Source: Alphaproteobacteria bacterium
GTDB taxonomy: Bacteria; Pseudomonadota; Alphaproteobacteria; Rs-D84; SZUA-605
Length of the DNA stretch: 64,000 nt
Direction of reading: 5' to 3'
Assembly: GCA_031549385.1 (NCBI GenBank)
Contig: JAVBPW010000002.1
Span: 1-64,000 of the forward strand
The notes under the pieces were generated by a model. The model worked only from the letters and a program-made list of their open reading frames with translations. It was not told where the DNA came from and did not search any database. Shown here piece by piece: positions 55,801-64,000 of this stretch (the stretch's first letter is position 1; each line of letters begins with the position of its first letter). The position numbers and the translations under genes were made by a program.

Positions 55801-58531
55801 TGCTTATGTTTCAATTGAGAGAAATGGAATTATAGAAACAACAGTTAAAAAACTTAATAATAGTATGGAATTTATAGAAGTGCCTATAAAAGATAACTAT
55901 ATGCCAGGGTTTTATTTGTCAGTGACTATATTTTCACCCCGTGTTGATAAAGCTCCACAAGAAAGTGCTGATGGAAAGGTTATATTAGATCTTGGAAAAC
56001 CTTCTGTAAAAATGGGATATATAAGGGTACCTGTTATTGATAGTAATAAAAAAATTGTTATGGAAGTTTCTTCTGACAAAGCAAAATACAAACCAAGACA
56101 AAAAGCTAAAGTTACTGTTAAGTTGAGTGAAAAAGATCGCAAAGCTGATTTGACTGCTATTGTAATTGATGAAGGGGTTTTGGAATTACAAAGAGGCAAA
56201 TTAAATAATTATGACATTTATAGTGCTTTTTATAAATTAGGAGATCTTGATCTTGTAAACTATAATACTTTACTTAATCTTGTTGGTCGTCAAAAAGTTG
56301 AAACTAAAGGTCAATCACAAGGTGGTGATGGTGGTGGTGGAATTGAAATGAGAAATGATTTCAAATTCATTGCTTATTATAATAATAATTTAAAAGCTAA
56401 TGGAAGAGGAGAAGCTACCTTTGAAGTTAATCTTCCTGATAATTTGACAAGATGGAAAGTTATTGTTATTGCTGCTGGAACAGATAGATTTGGACATAAT
56501 GTTGCAAATATTGATGTGGATAATGAAATAGAAGTTAGAAAAGTTGCTCCTAATCAAATTGGAGAAGGTGACAAATCTTCCATTGGATTGTCTGTTACTA
56601 ATCGTACAGATAAAAAACAAAAGGTAAAAGTTGAAATCAATGTGACTGGGGATATTACAAAACCAGTGCAAATTTCAAAAGATATAGAATTAAATCCTAT
56701 GGAAAAGAAGTCTGTGCTTGCTGATGTTTTAGCCTCTAATCTGCCTATTGATGCTTCAAAGGGTAATGGTATTATTAAGGTAGAGGCAAAAGCTTATAGT
56801 GCTGAGTTTAAAGATGGTATGGTTTATAGTGTTCCTGTTTTGAAACTTAGATCTTTTGATGTGGCTACAGAATATAGCTCTTTACCATCTGATCAAAAGG
56901 AATTGAAGATACCTATAAAAATTCCAAGTGGTATTTACGATGATGTTGGGGGAATGTCTGTTACATTTAGTCCTACATTAATGAGTGGATTGGAAGAGTC
57001 ATTTATATATATGAGAGATTACCCATATCCATGTTGGGAACAAAGATTGTCTGTTGCTGTAATGGCTATGAATTATAAGAATATGAAGAAATATGTTCCT
57101 TCTGTTGAATGGAAGGGAGCTGATAGCAATGTGATAAAGAATGTTTTAAATACTGCATCTGATTATCAGGCGCCAAATGGTGGTATGACTTACTTTATTG
57201 CAGAAGATTCTTATGTTTCTCCATATTTGAGTGCCTATACTGCCCTTGCTTTTACTTGGTTGAAGGATAATGGATATAAGGTTCCTAAAGATGTAGAAGA
57301 AAAATTACATAATTATTTAAAGAAGTATATGAAAACATCAGAAAAAGATCTTGTTAAGAATGCTACTATTAGGTCTATTATTTTGTACTCTTTAATAAAG
57401 GCTAATAATGCAACTGATTTAGATTTAAATAGATTGCAACCTGCTTTGAAAGATATGACATTACTTGGTAAAGCTTATTTTCTTAGCTCTGCAACTGAAT
57501 TAAAGAATGAAGATCTTAAAAAACAAGCATTGGATGCTATTATGGCAAATGCTAATACTACTTCAGGTAAGTATATGTTCTCTGATGCTTATGATTATAA
57601 AAATAATACATTCCTTATTACACCTATGCGTGATAATTGCGTTATATTGTCTGCTTTGACAAAGTTGAATGATGAAAGTATTAAAGAAGTTCCTATGAAA
57701 TTAGTGCGTACAATTATACAACAACGTAAATCTGGACGCTGGGTTAATACTCAGGAAAATGTATTCTGTCTTAATGCTTTAAGTGATTATGCGACAAAAT
57801 ATGAAAGTGAAAAAACAAAGCTAAATGTTAAAGCTGTGCTTGGAAATACTGAATTTGGTTCTGCTAAATTTGATAGTGTTAAAGATAAACCTGTTATTAT
57901 TTCTAAAAACTTTGTTTCTTCTGATATTGGTAAAAGTCAGGATTTAAAGTTTGAAAGAGATGGAAGTGGAATTGTTTATACTGAAGCTAAGATGAAATAT
58001 TCTTATAAAAAACCATTGGAAACTATTAATTCTGGAATTAGTGTAGAACGTGAATACTTGATTAAGAAAAATGGGGTTTGGGTGAAGTTAACTAAAGGGG
58101 CTAAATTAAAAAGAGGAGATTTAGTTAAAGTTAATATTATGGTATCTGCACCTGCTGCAAGGTCATTTGTTGTTGTAAATGATCCAGTGCCTGGTGGGTT
58201 AGAACCTTTAAATATGGAACTTGGAAATGTTTCATCAGTGGATGCTGGATATAATTCAAGCAAAAATCCATCTGATTCAATTTACTATAAGAAAAATAAT
58301 CCTATTGATTTTGGATCATTTTATTCAGGGTTTTATTTCAAAGAATTAAATCATGATGTTGTTAGATTTTATTCAGATTATTTGAATGCAGGAAATTACT
58401 ATCTTTCTTATGTGGCTCAAGTTGTTGCTTCTGGAAAGTTTAATGCTTATCCTGTTTTTGCTCATGAAATGTATGATGAGGATATTTATGGCAAAGGTAC
58501 ATTGGATACGTTTGAAATACTTGAAGATTAG
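52847..58531 (+). CDS. Bacterial alpha-2-macroglobulin
   Basis: 1894 aa; MG domains, R.DF, LPDNLTRW, thioester motif YPYPCWEQ, NTQEN, DPVPGGLE; paired with pbpC. Confidence 0.93.
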   Translation: MIRKILPLVSLILLSTNVFAKELKVTRITPNGDDVEPMSQIVITFNQDVVPIGEMSRKKEEIPVKITPNLDCKWRWIDNSNLACMLEDGDMKAATKYSVEVGAVKTLNGEELQKTYEHSFITRRPLVSYSYFHQWQGANMPIFVVNFDQPVQIDSLEDAFYFQDSASSKKYDAKVEVRKEESSRVFYVYPAVELAAYRTYSLYTTGEFSSKLGDEKRKNEKKELQKFATFPATPKFLGFSCSDGDNKDVKDYNVEDCDPSNYSTMVFNVPVKANALKYAKVTPSISIDEEENQNQKYSNDSYTPMIWDNSHSVGKKYYVYLPRFLKSGVEYKISFDSKLKDVFGRGFEDGVGTISFGPRSPYVNVKYSMSVLEKQEQTEIPVFITNISNLDFDCVSVTADGVKKKSETKKYDYPKNIAVGTSLGVRKLLSDKSGIVACKLTSNDLKKDKKEVFVSIVTPWNLSIKVGHYNSSVWVTDMKTGLPVEGAKVSFYKSTTKNIGDREDLDSKKTDKNGLAILGGVKEMDPKLEFINSWDNEKDKLFVRVEKGGELAIMPFTYDFKVWIDGIPTYLERENSHIKVWGITPQVVYKKGQVVDFKLFVRDDLNETLGLARKKKRFLFIPYYKTPSLTVTVVDPLGKEVYKNSGVKLSKLGTFVDDFKLSKTAVSGTYMMKASIDDAKYSSLYPLEFVVSDFNASNFKVETLLSAKSYKSGDTLKVSTEASLLSGAPYTAKEARINVEVQPSHFDVSNPLLYKYNFPYPSYDEKNVTVLSEDFALSTKGKAEALVKLKDYDIPYAKIIVESSVKDDNGKAIASSSVADFFGVDRFIGIRNTDFDYRAGKEFQIEYAVVDTKGEIVSAASVNGTLEISEVSFSKIKGSGNVYEEKREQKWSKVASCKGTSSISEQLCKLKVNKSGEYRITFEGKDTKGKKVKNSSEFYVTGKDYVLWAKDKGDVSFVDLVPNKSSYKIGDVAKFMVKNPYPGAYAYVSIERNGIIETTVKKLNNSMEFIEVPIKDNYMPGFYLSVTIFSPRVDKAPQESADGKVILDLGKPSVKMGYIRVPVIDSNKKIVMEVSSDKAKYKPRQKAKVTVKLSEKDRKADLTAIVIDEGVLELQRGKLNNYDIYSAFYKLGDLDLVNYNTLLNLVGRQKVETKGQSQGGDGGGGIEMRNDFKFIAYYNNNLKANGRGEATFEVNLPDNLTRWKVIVIAAGTDRFGHNVANIDVDNEIEVRKVAPNQIGEGDKSSIGLSVTNRTDKKQKVKVEINVTGDITKPVQISKDIELNPMEKKSVLADVLASNLPIDASKGNGIIKVEAKAYSAEFKDGMVYSVPVLKLRSFDVATEYSSLPSDQKELKIPIKIPSGIYDDVGGMSVTFSPTLMSGLEESFIYMRDYPYPCWEQRLSVAVMAMNYKNMKKYVPSVEWKGADSNVIKNVLNTASDYQAPNGGMTYFIAEDSYVSPYLSAYTALAFTWLKDNGYKVPKDVEEKLHNYLKKYMKTSEKDLVKNATIRSIILYSLIKANNATDLDLNRLQPALKDMTLLGKAYFLSSATELKNEDLKKQALDAIMANANTTSGKYMFSDAYDYKNNTFLITPMRDNCVILSALTKLNDESIKEVPMKLVRTIIQQRKSGRWVNTQENVFCLNALSDYATKYESEKTKLNVKAVLGNTEFGSAKFDSVKDKPVIISKNFVSSDIGKSQDLKFERDGSGIVYTEAKMKYSYKKPLETINSGISVEREYLIKKNGVWVKLTKGAKLKRGDLVKVNIMVSAPAARSFVVVNDPVPGGLEPLNMELGNVSSVDAGYNSSKNPSDSIYYKKNNPIDFGSFYSGFYFKELNHDVVRFYSDYLNAGNYYLSYVAQVVASGKFNAYPVFAHEMYDEDIYGKGTLDTFEILED

Positions 58532-60617
58532 TATTCTTGTTGTACTTGTCTTATTTGTATTTATTACAATAATAAATCTTTCAAAACTTCCTTCAAATTT
58601 AAATGTGGGAAGTTTTGAGAGTTCTCGAATTCAACTTATTGATAGAAATGGGAAAGTTTTATCTACTGTCTATGATGAAAGTCTGAATTTGGAAGATAAT
58701 TTAAAACTTTATGAAATACCTGAATTTTTTAAATCTGCTTTTATAATATCAGAAGATAAGCGTTTTTATTCACATTATGGGGTTGATGTTTTGGCTAAAA
58801 TTAATTCTGTGTATAAGGCTGTGCGTGGAAGCGATGTTAGAGGGGCAAGTACTGTTACAGAACAAGTTGTTAGGATTTTAAAGCCTAGGAAACGAAATTT
58901 ATTTTCCAAATGGTTGGAATTTATTGATGCTTTAAGATTGGATGCTAAATTTAGTAAAGATGAAATATTTGAGTTTTATTTAAATCAAGTGCCTTATGCT
59001 TCTAATAGACGTGGAGTTAAGCAGGCGGCTAATTACTATTTTGGAAGGTCAGTTGATAGTTTGTCAGAAGAAGAAATGATTGCACTTGTTGTATTAATTC
59101 GAGCACCATCAAAATATAATTTATATAAGGGATATCATAAGAGTTATTTGAAATCTATTAAGATTTTGGCTAATAAAATGGGAAAGGATATTGAAAAGGT
59201 TGATTTGCAAATTTATGAAAGAGAAGAAAGTGTTGATACATTTCATTTTAATGATTTTGTGAAGGCTAATTTACAAACACTTGGAATTAATAATGGTAAG
59301 ATTAAAACTACTATAGATATAAATATTCAAAAAGATGTGGGTGATTTACTTTATAATCATTTGCAAAATCTATCTAAATATGAGGTGAATAATGGAGCTG
59401 TTCTTGTAATAGACCGAGCAAGTGGTGAAATTTTAGCTTGGGTTAATGATAATTATCCAGAGACAGCTAGCTTTGATAAAGTGCTTGTAAAAAGGCAACC
59501 AGGTTCCTTACTTAAACCTTTTGCATATGCTAAAGCTTTTGAAAAAGGTTGGAATGGGGCTACTTTGATTGATGATGAGCCTATGATTACAAAAACTGCC
59601 AGTTCTGGGGTGCATAATTTTAAAAACTATAGTGAGAGATTTTATGGTATGGTTAGTGCGCGACAAGCTTTGGGAAATTCTTTAAATATTCCTGCTATTA
59701 AAACTGCTGAATTTGTTGGAATGGAAGAGTTTTTGAGTTTTCTTCATGAAGTAGGTTTGACATCATTAGATCAAGATGCAGAATTTTATGGTGATGGACT
59801 TGTACTTGGTAATGGAGAAGTTTCTCTTTATGAAATTGTTAGAGCTTATATGGTTTTGGCTAATCATGGAAATTATAGTGATTTGAAATATTTAAAAGAT
59901 TCTGTTGTTGATGGTAGAAAAGTAATTACTCCTGAAATTGCTGATATTATTAGCGATATATTATCTGATTCAAAGGCTAGAGAACTTGAATTTGGTGGAA
60001 GAGGGGCGTTAATGGATTTTCCAGTTCAGACGGCGATTAAAACGGGAACTTCTTCTGCTCATAGAAATGCTTGGTCAGTTGGATATAATAGCAAATATGT
60101 TGTTGGAATTTGGCTTGGAAATTTAGATTATTCTAAGACAACCAGTTTGACTGGAGCTAATTCGACTATATCTTTGCTCAGGAATATATTTGCTAAATTA
60201 AATAAAGAAATTGATATAAAACCTCTCGAAGTGCATAAAAATGTTTCATCACAAAAGGTTTGCTCAGATAAAGAATGTTTAGGATTAAAAAAAGAATTAT
60301 TTGTTGGTGGGCAAAATGTAAAACAAAGTGTAGTTTTAGTTGCGCAAAAAGAAATGAAGCTTATTATGCCTACTGAAGGTATGAATGTTGCTATTGATCC
60401 ACGTGTTCCAAAGAACTTACAAAAAATTAAATTCTATATAGATGCTAAACCAGAGAATTATAAGGTTGAATGGAAATTAAATGATAAAATTATTTATCAA
60501 GGAAATGATTCTGACTTCTTTTGGGCTATTGAAAAGGGAAGTTTTTTATTAGAAACTGTTATTTATGATGGAAGTAAAATAGTATTAAAGCAAAAGACTA
60601 ATTTTTCGGTGAAATAA
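58488..60617 (+). CDS. pbpC: Penicillin-binding protein 1C
   Basis: EDKRFYSH.GVD, RGASTVTEQ, RQPGSLLKP, SLN, KTGTS; GAGGA RBS before ATG 58488; adjacent to A2M. Confidence 0.9.
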   Translation: MAKVHWIRLKYLKISILVVLVLFVFITIINLSKLPSNLNVGSFESSRIQLIDRNGKVLSTVYDESLNLEDNLKLYEIPEFFKSAFIISEDKRFYSHYGVDVLAKINSVYKAVRGSDVRGASTVTEQVVRILKPRKRNLFSKWLEFIDALRLDAKFSKDEIFEFYLNQVPYASNRRGVKQAANYYFGRSVDSLSEEEMIALVVLIRAPSKYNLYKGYHKSYLKSIKILANKMGKDIEKVDLQIYEREESVDTFHFNDFVKANLQTLGINNGKIKTTIDINIQKDVGDLLYNHLQNLSKYEVNNGAVLVIDRASGEILAWVNDNYPETASFDKVLVKRQPGSLLKPFAYAKAFEKGWNGATLIDDEPMITKTASSGVHNFKNYSERFYGMVSARQALGNSLNIPAIKTAEFVGMEEFLSFLHEVGLTSLDQDAEFYGDGLVLGNGEVSLYEIVRAYMVLANHGNYSDLKYLKDSVVDGRKVITPEIADIISDILSDSKARELEFGGRGALMDFPVQTAIKTGTSSAHRNAWSVGYNSKYVVGIWLGNLDYSKTTSLTGANSTISLLRNIFAKLNKEIDIKPLEVHKNVSSQKVCSDKECLGLKKELFVGGQNVKQSVVLVAQKEMKLIMPTEGMNVAIDPRVPKNLQKIKFYIDAKPENYKVEWKLNDKIIYQGNDSDFFWAIEKGSFLLETVIYDGSKIVLKQKTNFSVK

Positions 60618-60618
60618 G

Positions 60619-60909
60619 ATGAAGACATTTAATGAAAAAGTTTATGACATTGTTCGACATATTCCTAAAGGAAAAGTTATGTCATATGGGCAGATTGCTC
60701 AAATGGCAGAAAATCCAGTTGCATCACGTGCTGTAGGTTATGCATTGTGCAGAGTTAAAAGTCTTGATGATATGCCATGTCAAAGAGTAGTTTTTAAAGA
60801 CGGAGCTTTATCTTCAAAATGGGCAGATATGCAATATCAAATGTTGAAAAATGAGGGTGTTGTTTTTACTAAAGCAAAAAAAGTAGATATGAAAAAGTGT
60901 CAGGTATAG
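60619..60909 (+). CDS. MGMT family / alkyltransferase-like protein (single domain)
   Basis: IPKGKVMSYGQIA, RAVGYAL, PCQRVV. Confidence 0.85.
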   Translation: MKTFNEKVYDIVRHIPKGKVMSYGQIAQMAENPVASRAVGYALCRVKSLDDMPCQRVVFKDGALSSKWADMQYQMLKNEGVVFTKAKKVDMKKCQV

Positions 60910-60912
60910 GTT

Positions 60913-61434
60913 TTAAAGGGCTGTACCTTTTTTAGGAATAGTAAAATTTGATACGTTTGTGCCTTCTTTTTCAAGTAATTTGATTTTGGTTTTTATTCCA
61001 CCAGCAAATCCTGTTAAACTCCCATTTGAACCAACTACACGGTGGCATGGAATTATAATTGATATTGGATTGTGCCCTACTGCCCCACCAACTGCTTGAG
61101 CAGATTTTATACCTATTTTTTTTGCAATATCACCATAAGTGATAACTTTACCATATGGGATTTGACATAAAATATTCCATACTTTTTGACGGAATTTTCC
61201 ACCTGTTGGAGATAATGGTAATTCAGAAATTGATGGTTTTTTCCCTGCGAAATATTTATCTAACCATTCTTTGGTTTTTATAAATATAGGACAGTCGTTT
61301 TTTTCTGTCATTTTTTGAGGTATTGTATTTCCATGATATTTTTGACCTTCTATCCAAAGTCCAACTAATTTATCGTCCTTACAAGCTAGAGTAAGATTTC
61401 CTATCGGTGATTTATATAATGTTGAATAATACAT
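60913..61434 (-). CDS. ogt: Methylated-DNA--protein-cysteine methyltransferase
   Basis: SPIG.L, IPYGKVITYGDIA, AVGGAVGHNP, PCHRVV, LTGFAGG. Confidence 0.95.
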   Translation of the reverse strand: MYYSTLYKSPIGNLTLACKDDKLVGLWIEGQKYHGNTIPQKMTEKNDCPIFIKTKEWLDKYFAGKKPSISELPLSPTGGKFRQKVWNILCQIPYGKVITYGDIAKKIGIKSAQAVGGAVGHNPISIIIPCHRVVGSNGSLTGFAGGIKTKIKLLEKEGTNVSNFTIPKKGTAL

Positions 61435-61582
61435 TATTTCTCCTTTGTGAAGTATCTATTATTAATTAGATTAACTATAAATTAAGAAAAATCAATAATA
61501 AGTTAGATTTAAAAAGATGTGAATTTAAAGTTCTTGATTTTTTATATTATAATATTATTCTCTTATAAGAGGAGAATATAAA

Positions 61583-62731
61583 ATGGCTTTTTCGAGAAAT
61601 TTTCATATGACTATTAAACCTATTGGTGCAGCTTGTAATATGAATTGTAAATATTGTTATTTTTTGAGTAAAATAAATTTATTAAATAGTTTTTCAAGAA
61701 TGTCCGATGAAACATTAGAAAATTTTATTAAATCATATATTCAAGCTCAAGATTCTGATGTGGTGTTTTTTACTTGGCATGGAGGAGAACCTACATTACT
61801 TGAAATAGATTTTTTTAGAAAAGTAATAGAGTTTCAAAAAAAATATTCCAATGGAAAATATATAGAAAATGATTTACAAACAAATGGATTATTAATTGAT
61901 GATACTTGGTGTAAATTCTTAAAAGAAAATAATTTTTTAATTGGTTTATCTGTTGATGGAGATGAAAATGGAAACTCTTATCGTCAAGATAATAATGGAA
62001 ATTCAGTTTTAAAGAAAACTATAGAAGTTGCAAAATTACTGAAGAAATATAATATTCCTTTTAATACATTAACTGTTATAAATAATAAAAATTCTAAGCG
62101 ACCTGTTGAAACTTATGAATTTTTAAAAAATATTATTGGATCTAATTATATGCAATTTATTCCAGCTGTTGAAATTAAAGATCATGAAAATACAGCTCCA
62201 GGATTTTGGAAGGAAAAAATTGAATTAGAAGAATATTCAGTGTCCCCTGAAGATTGGGGTAATTTTTTAACAGAAGTTTTTAATAATTGGTACGAAAATG
62301 ATAAAGGAAAAGTATTTATCTTTCTTTTTGAAAATTTTTTATCCTTATATTTAAATCGTGGACCTCAGATGTGTTTTTTTGAAAAAGAATGTTCACATGC
62401 TATGGCAATTGATAGAGATGGTTCTGTTTATGCTTGTGATCACTTTGTTTATCCAGAGTACAATTATGGAAATATAAATGATTTAAATTTAAATGAAATA
62501 GCTTTATCTGAAAAAAGGAAAAATTTTGCCAAATTAAAATCAAATTTGCATGAACAATGTTTGAATTGTGAATGGTTAAATTTGTGTAATGGAGAATGTC
62601 CAAAGAAAAGATTCCTAAAAACTTCTGATAAAAATGTTGGATTAAATTATTTATGTGAAGGATATAAAATTTTCTTTGCAAAAACAAAGAAAAGGATGTT
62701 GAATTTATCTAAATTATATGATAATGTTTAG
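61583..62731 (+). CDS. Anaerobic sulfatase-maturating radical SAM enzyme
   Basis: KP.GAACNMNCKYC, WHGGEPTL, QTNG, SVDG, YACDHFV, SPASM CxxCxxxxxCxGxC. Confidence 0.93.
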   Translation: MAFSRNFHMTIKPIGAACNMNCKYCYFLSKINLLNSFSRMSDETLENFIKSYIQAQDSDVVFFTWHGGEPTLLEIDFFRKVIEFQKKYSNGKYIENDLQTNGLLIDDTWCKFLKENNFLIGLSVDGDENGNSYRQDNNGNSVLKKTIEVAKLLKKYNIPFNTLTVINNKNSKRPVETYEFLKNIIGSNYMQFIPAVEIKDHENTAPGFWKEKIELEEYSVSPEDWGNFLTEVFNNWYENDKGKVFIFLFENFLSLYLNRGPQMCFFEKECSHAMAIDRDGSVYACDHFVYPEYNYGNINDLNLNEIALSEKRKNFAKLKSNLHEQCLNCEWLNLCNGECPKKRFLKTSDKNVGLNYLCEGYKIFFAKTKKRMLNLSKLYDNV

Positions 62732-62758
62732 TATAAATTGTTTTCATAGGAGGGAGAC

Positions 62759-64000
62759 ATGAACAAAAAATCTAGGTTTACTACAGCTATTGCTGTTGCT
62801 ACAGGTATTTCATTTGCACCATTTAATGTTTTTGCTGATTCACAATTACCAAAACCAGATACTGGTTTTAAAGGTGAAATTAATACAACTATTTTAAATT
62901 CAAAACCATATTGGCCTAAAAGACCTACAGCTCCAAAAGGTGCTCCTAATGTTGTTATTATTATGACTGATGATGTTGGTTTTAGTGCTGGATCAACTTG
63001 GGGAGGACCTATTAATACTCCTATACAAGATAAATTAGCAAATAGAGGTTTACGTTATAACCAATTTCATACAACTGCTGTTTCATCACCAACTCGTGCT
63101 GCTTTATTAACAGGAAGAAATCATCATACTGTTCATACTGCTGGAATTATGGAAGCATCTCTTGGTTATCCTGGTTGGGATACTTTGATGGGAAAAGATA
63201 CTGCAACTATTGCTGAAATTTTACGTTTAAGTGGTTATAATACTGCATGGTTTGGAAAAAATCACAATGTTCCTGATTTTGAAAATAATCCTATTGTTGG
63301 TCCTCATGATAGATGGCCAACAAGTTTAGGTTTTGAAAAATTTTATGGATTTATAGGTGGAGAATCTGATCAGTATTCACCATATTTATTGCATGATGGT
63401 ACAGAAAATATTTCACCATATGTAAGTAATCCAAATTATAACTTAAATGAGGATTTATCATTTCAAGCATCACATTGGATAAAACAACAAAAATCATTAG
63501 CTCCAGATAAGCCTTTCTTTGTTTACTATGTGCCTGGTGGTACTCATGCTCCACATCAAGTACCAGTAAAATGGTCAAATAAATATAAAGGAAAATTTGA
63601 TAAAGGTTGGGATGTGGTTCGTGAAGAAACTTTAGTTCGTCAAAAAAAATTAGGTATTGTTCCTGAAAATACAGCCTTAACTCCACGTCCAGAACAAATT
63701 CCAGCTTGGGATTCACTAAGTGCTGCTCAAAAAAAATTGTATGCTCGTCAAATGGAAGTTTATGCAGGATATCTTGAACAAACAGATTATGAAATCGGAC
63801 AAATGTTAAAGACTATTGAAGACTTAGGGGAAATGGATAATACAGTAGTTATTTATATACAAGGTGACAATGGTGCAAGTGGTGAAGGTGCTTTAACTGG
63901 ATCAGAAAATGAAAATTATGTATTTAATGCTCAAGTTGAAAAATTAGAAGATATAGATCTTGAAAAACTTGGAACACCTGATGCATATAATCATTATTCT
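62759..64000 (+). CDS. Secreted arylsulfatase, Ser-type (runs off the window; not in the ORF track)
   Basis: GGAG RBS; MNKKSRF signal peptide; APNVVIIMTDDVGF, TAVSSPTRAALLTGRNHH, FGKNH, THAPH, GDNG. Confidence 0.93.
   Translation, partial: MNKKSRFTTAIAVATGISFAPFNVFADSQLPKPDTGFKGEINTTILNSKPYWPKRPTAPKGAPNVVIIMTDDVGFSAGSTWGGPINTPIQDKLANRGLRYNQFHTTAVSSPTRAALLTGRNHHTVHTAGIMEASLGYPGWDTLMGKDTATIAEILRLSGYNTAWFGKNHNVPDFENNPIVGPHDRWPTSLGFEKFYGFIGGESDQYSPYLLHDGTENISPYVSNPNYNLNEDLSFQASHWIKQQKSLAPDKPFFVYYVPGGTHAPHQVPVKWSNKYKGKFDKGWDVVREETLVRQKKLGIVPENTALTPRPEQIPAWDSLSAAQKKLYARQMEVYAGYLEQTDYEIGQMLKTIEDLGEMDNTVVIYIQGDNGASGEGALTGSENENYVFNAQVEKLEDIDLEKLGTPDAYNHYS

Overview
AT-rich bacterial chromosome segment with alphaproteobacterial-type housekeeping genes (rplM-rpsI-rplU-rpmA, trxB, sufB, clpP-clpX-cmk, grpE, def, rmuC, mlaEF, addB, xth, fabG, pal, cysS). 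It also carries a B12-dependent ribonucleotide reductase with PduO, a glycosyl/methyl-transferase cluster, an envelope-defence block (PagL-like, Bor/Iss, alpha-2-macroglobulin, PBP1C), alkylation-repair genes and sulfatase genes. I found no tRNA, rRNA, CRISPR array, integrase or transposase. Five features stand out. (1) Seven dispersed ~110-135 bp intergenic hairpins share an invariant TCACGTA-N7/8-TA(C/T)GCTCA core, covarying stems and a conserved bulged T, and all have the same chromosomal orientation regardless of flanking genes. (2) A chromosomally embedded R64-like type IVb pilus operon (pilL-N-O-P-Q-R) lies beside a VirD4 coupling protein and a lone VirB2-like pilin, and runs on into fabG and a truncated comEC. 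(3) Three promoter-driven, ORF-less, hairpin-rich candidate ncRNAs. (4) Six orphan single-gene units share an SD-less AAAC(C/T)TA leader. (5) An archaeal-type tyrosyl-tRNA synthetase. All calls come from reading motifs by eye; no database searches or folding programs were run.
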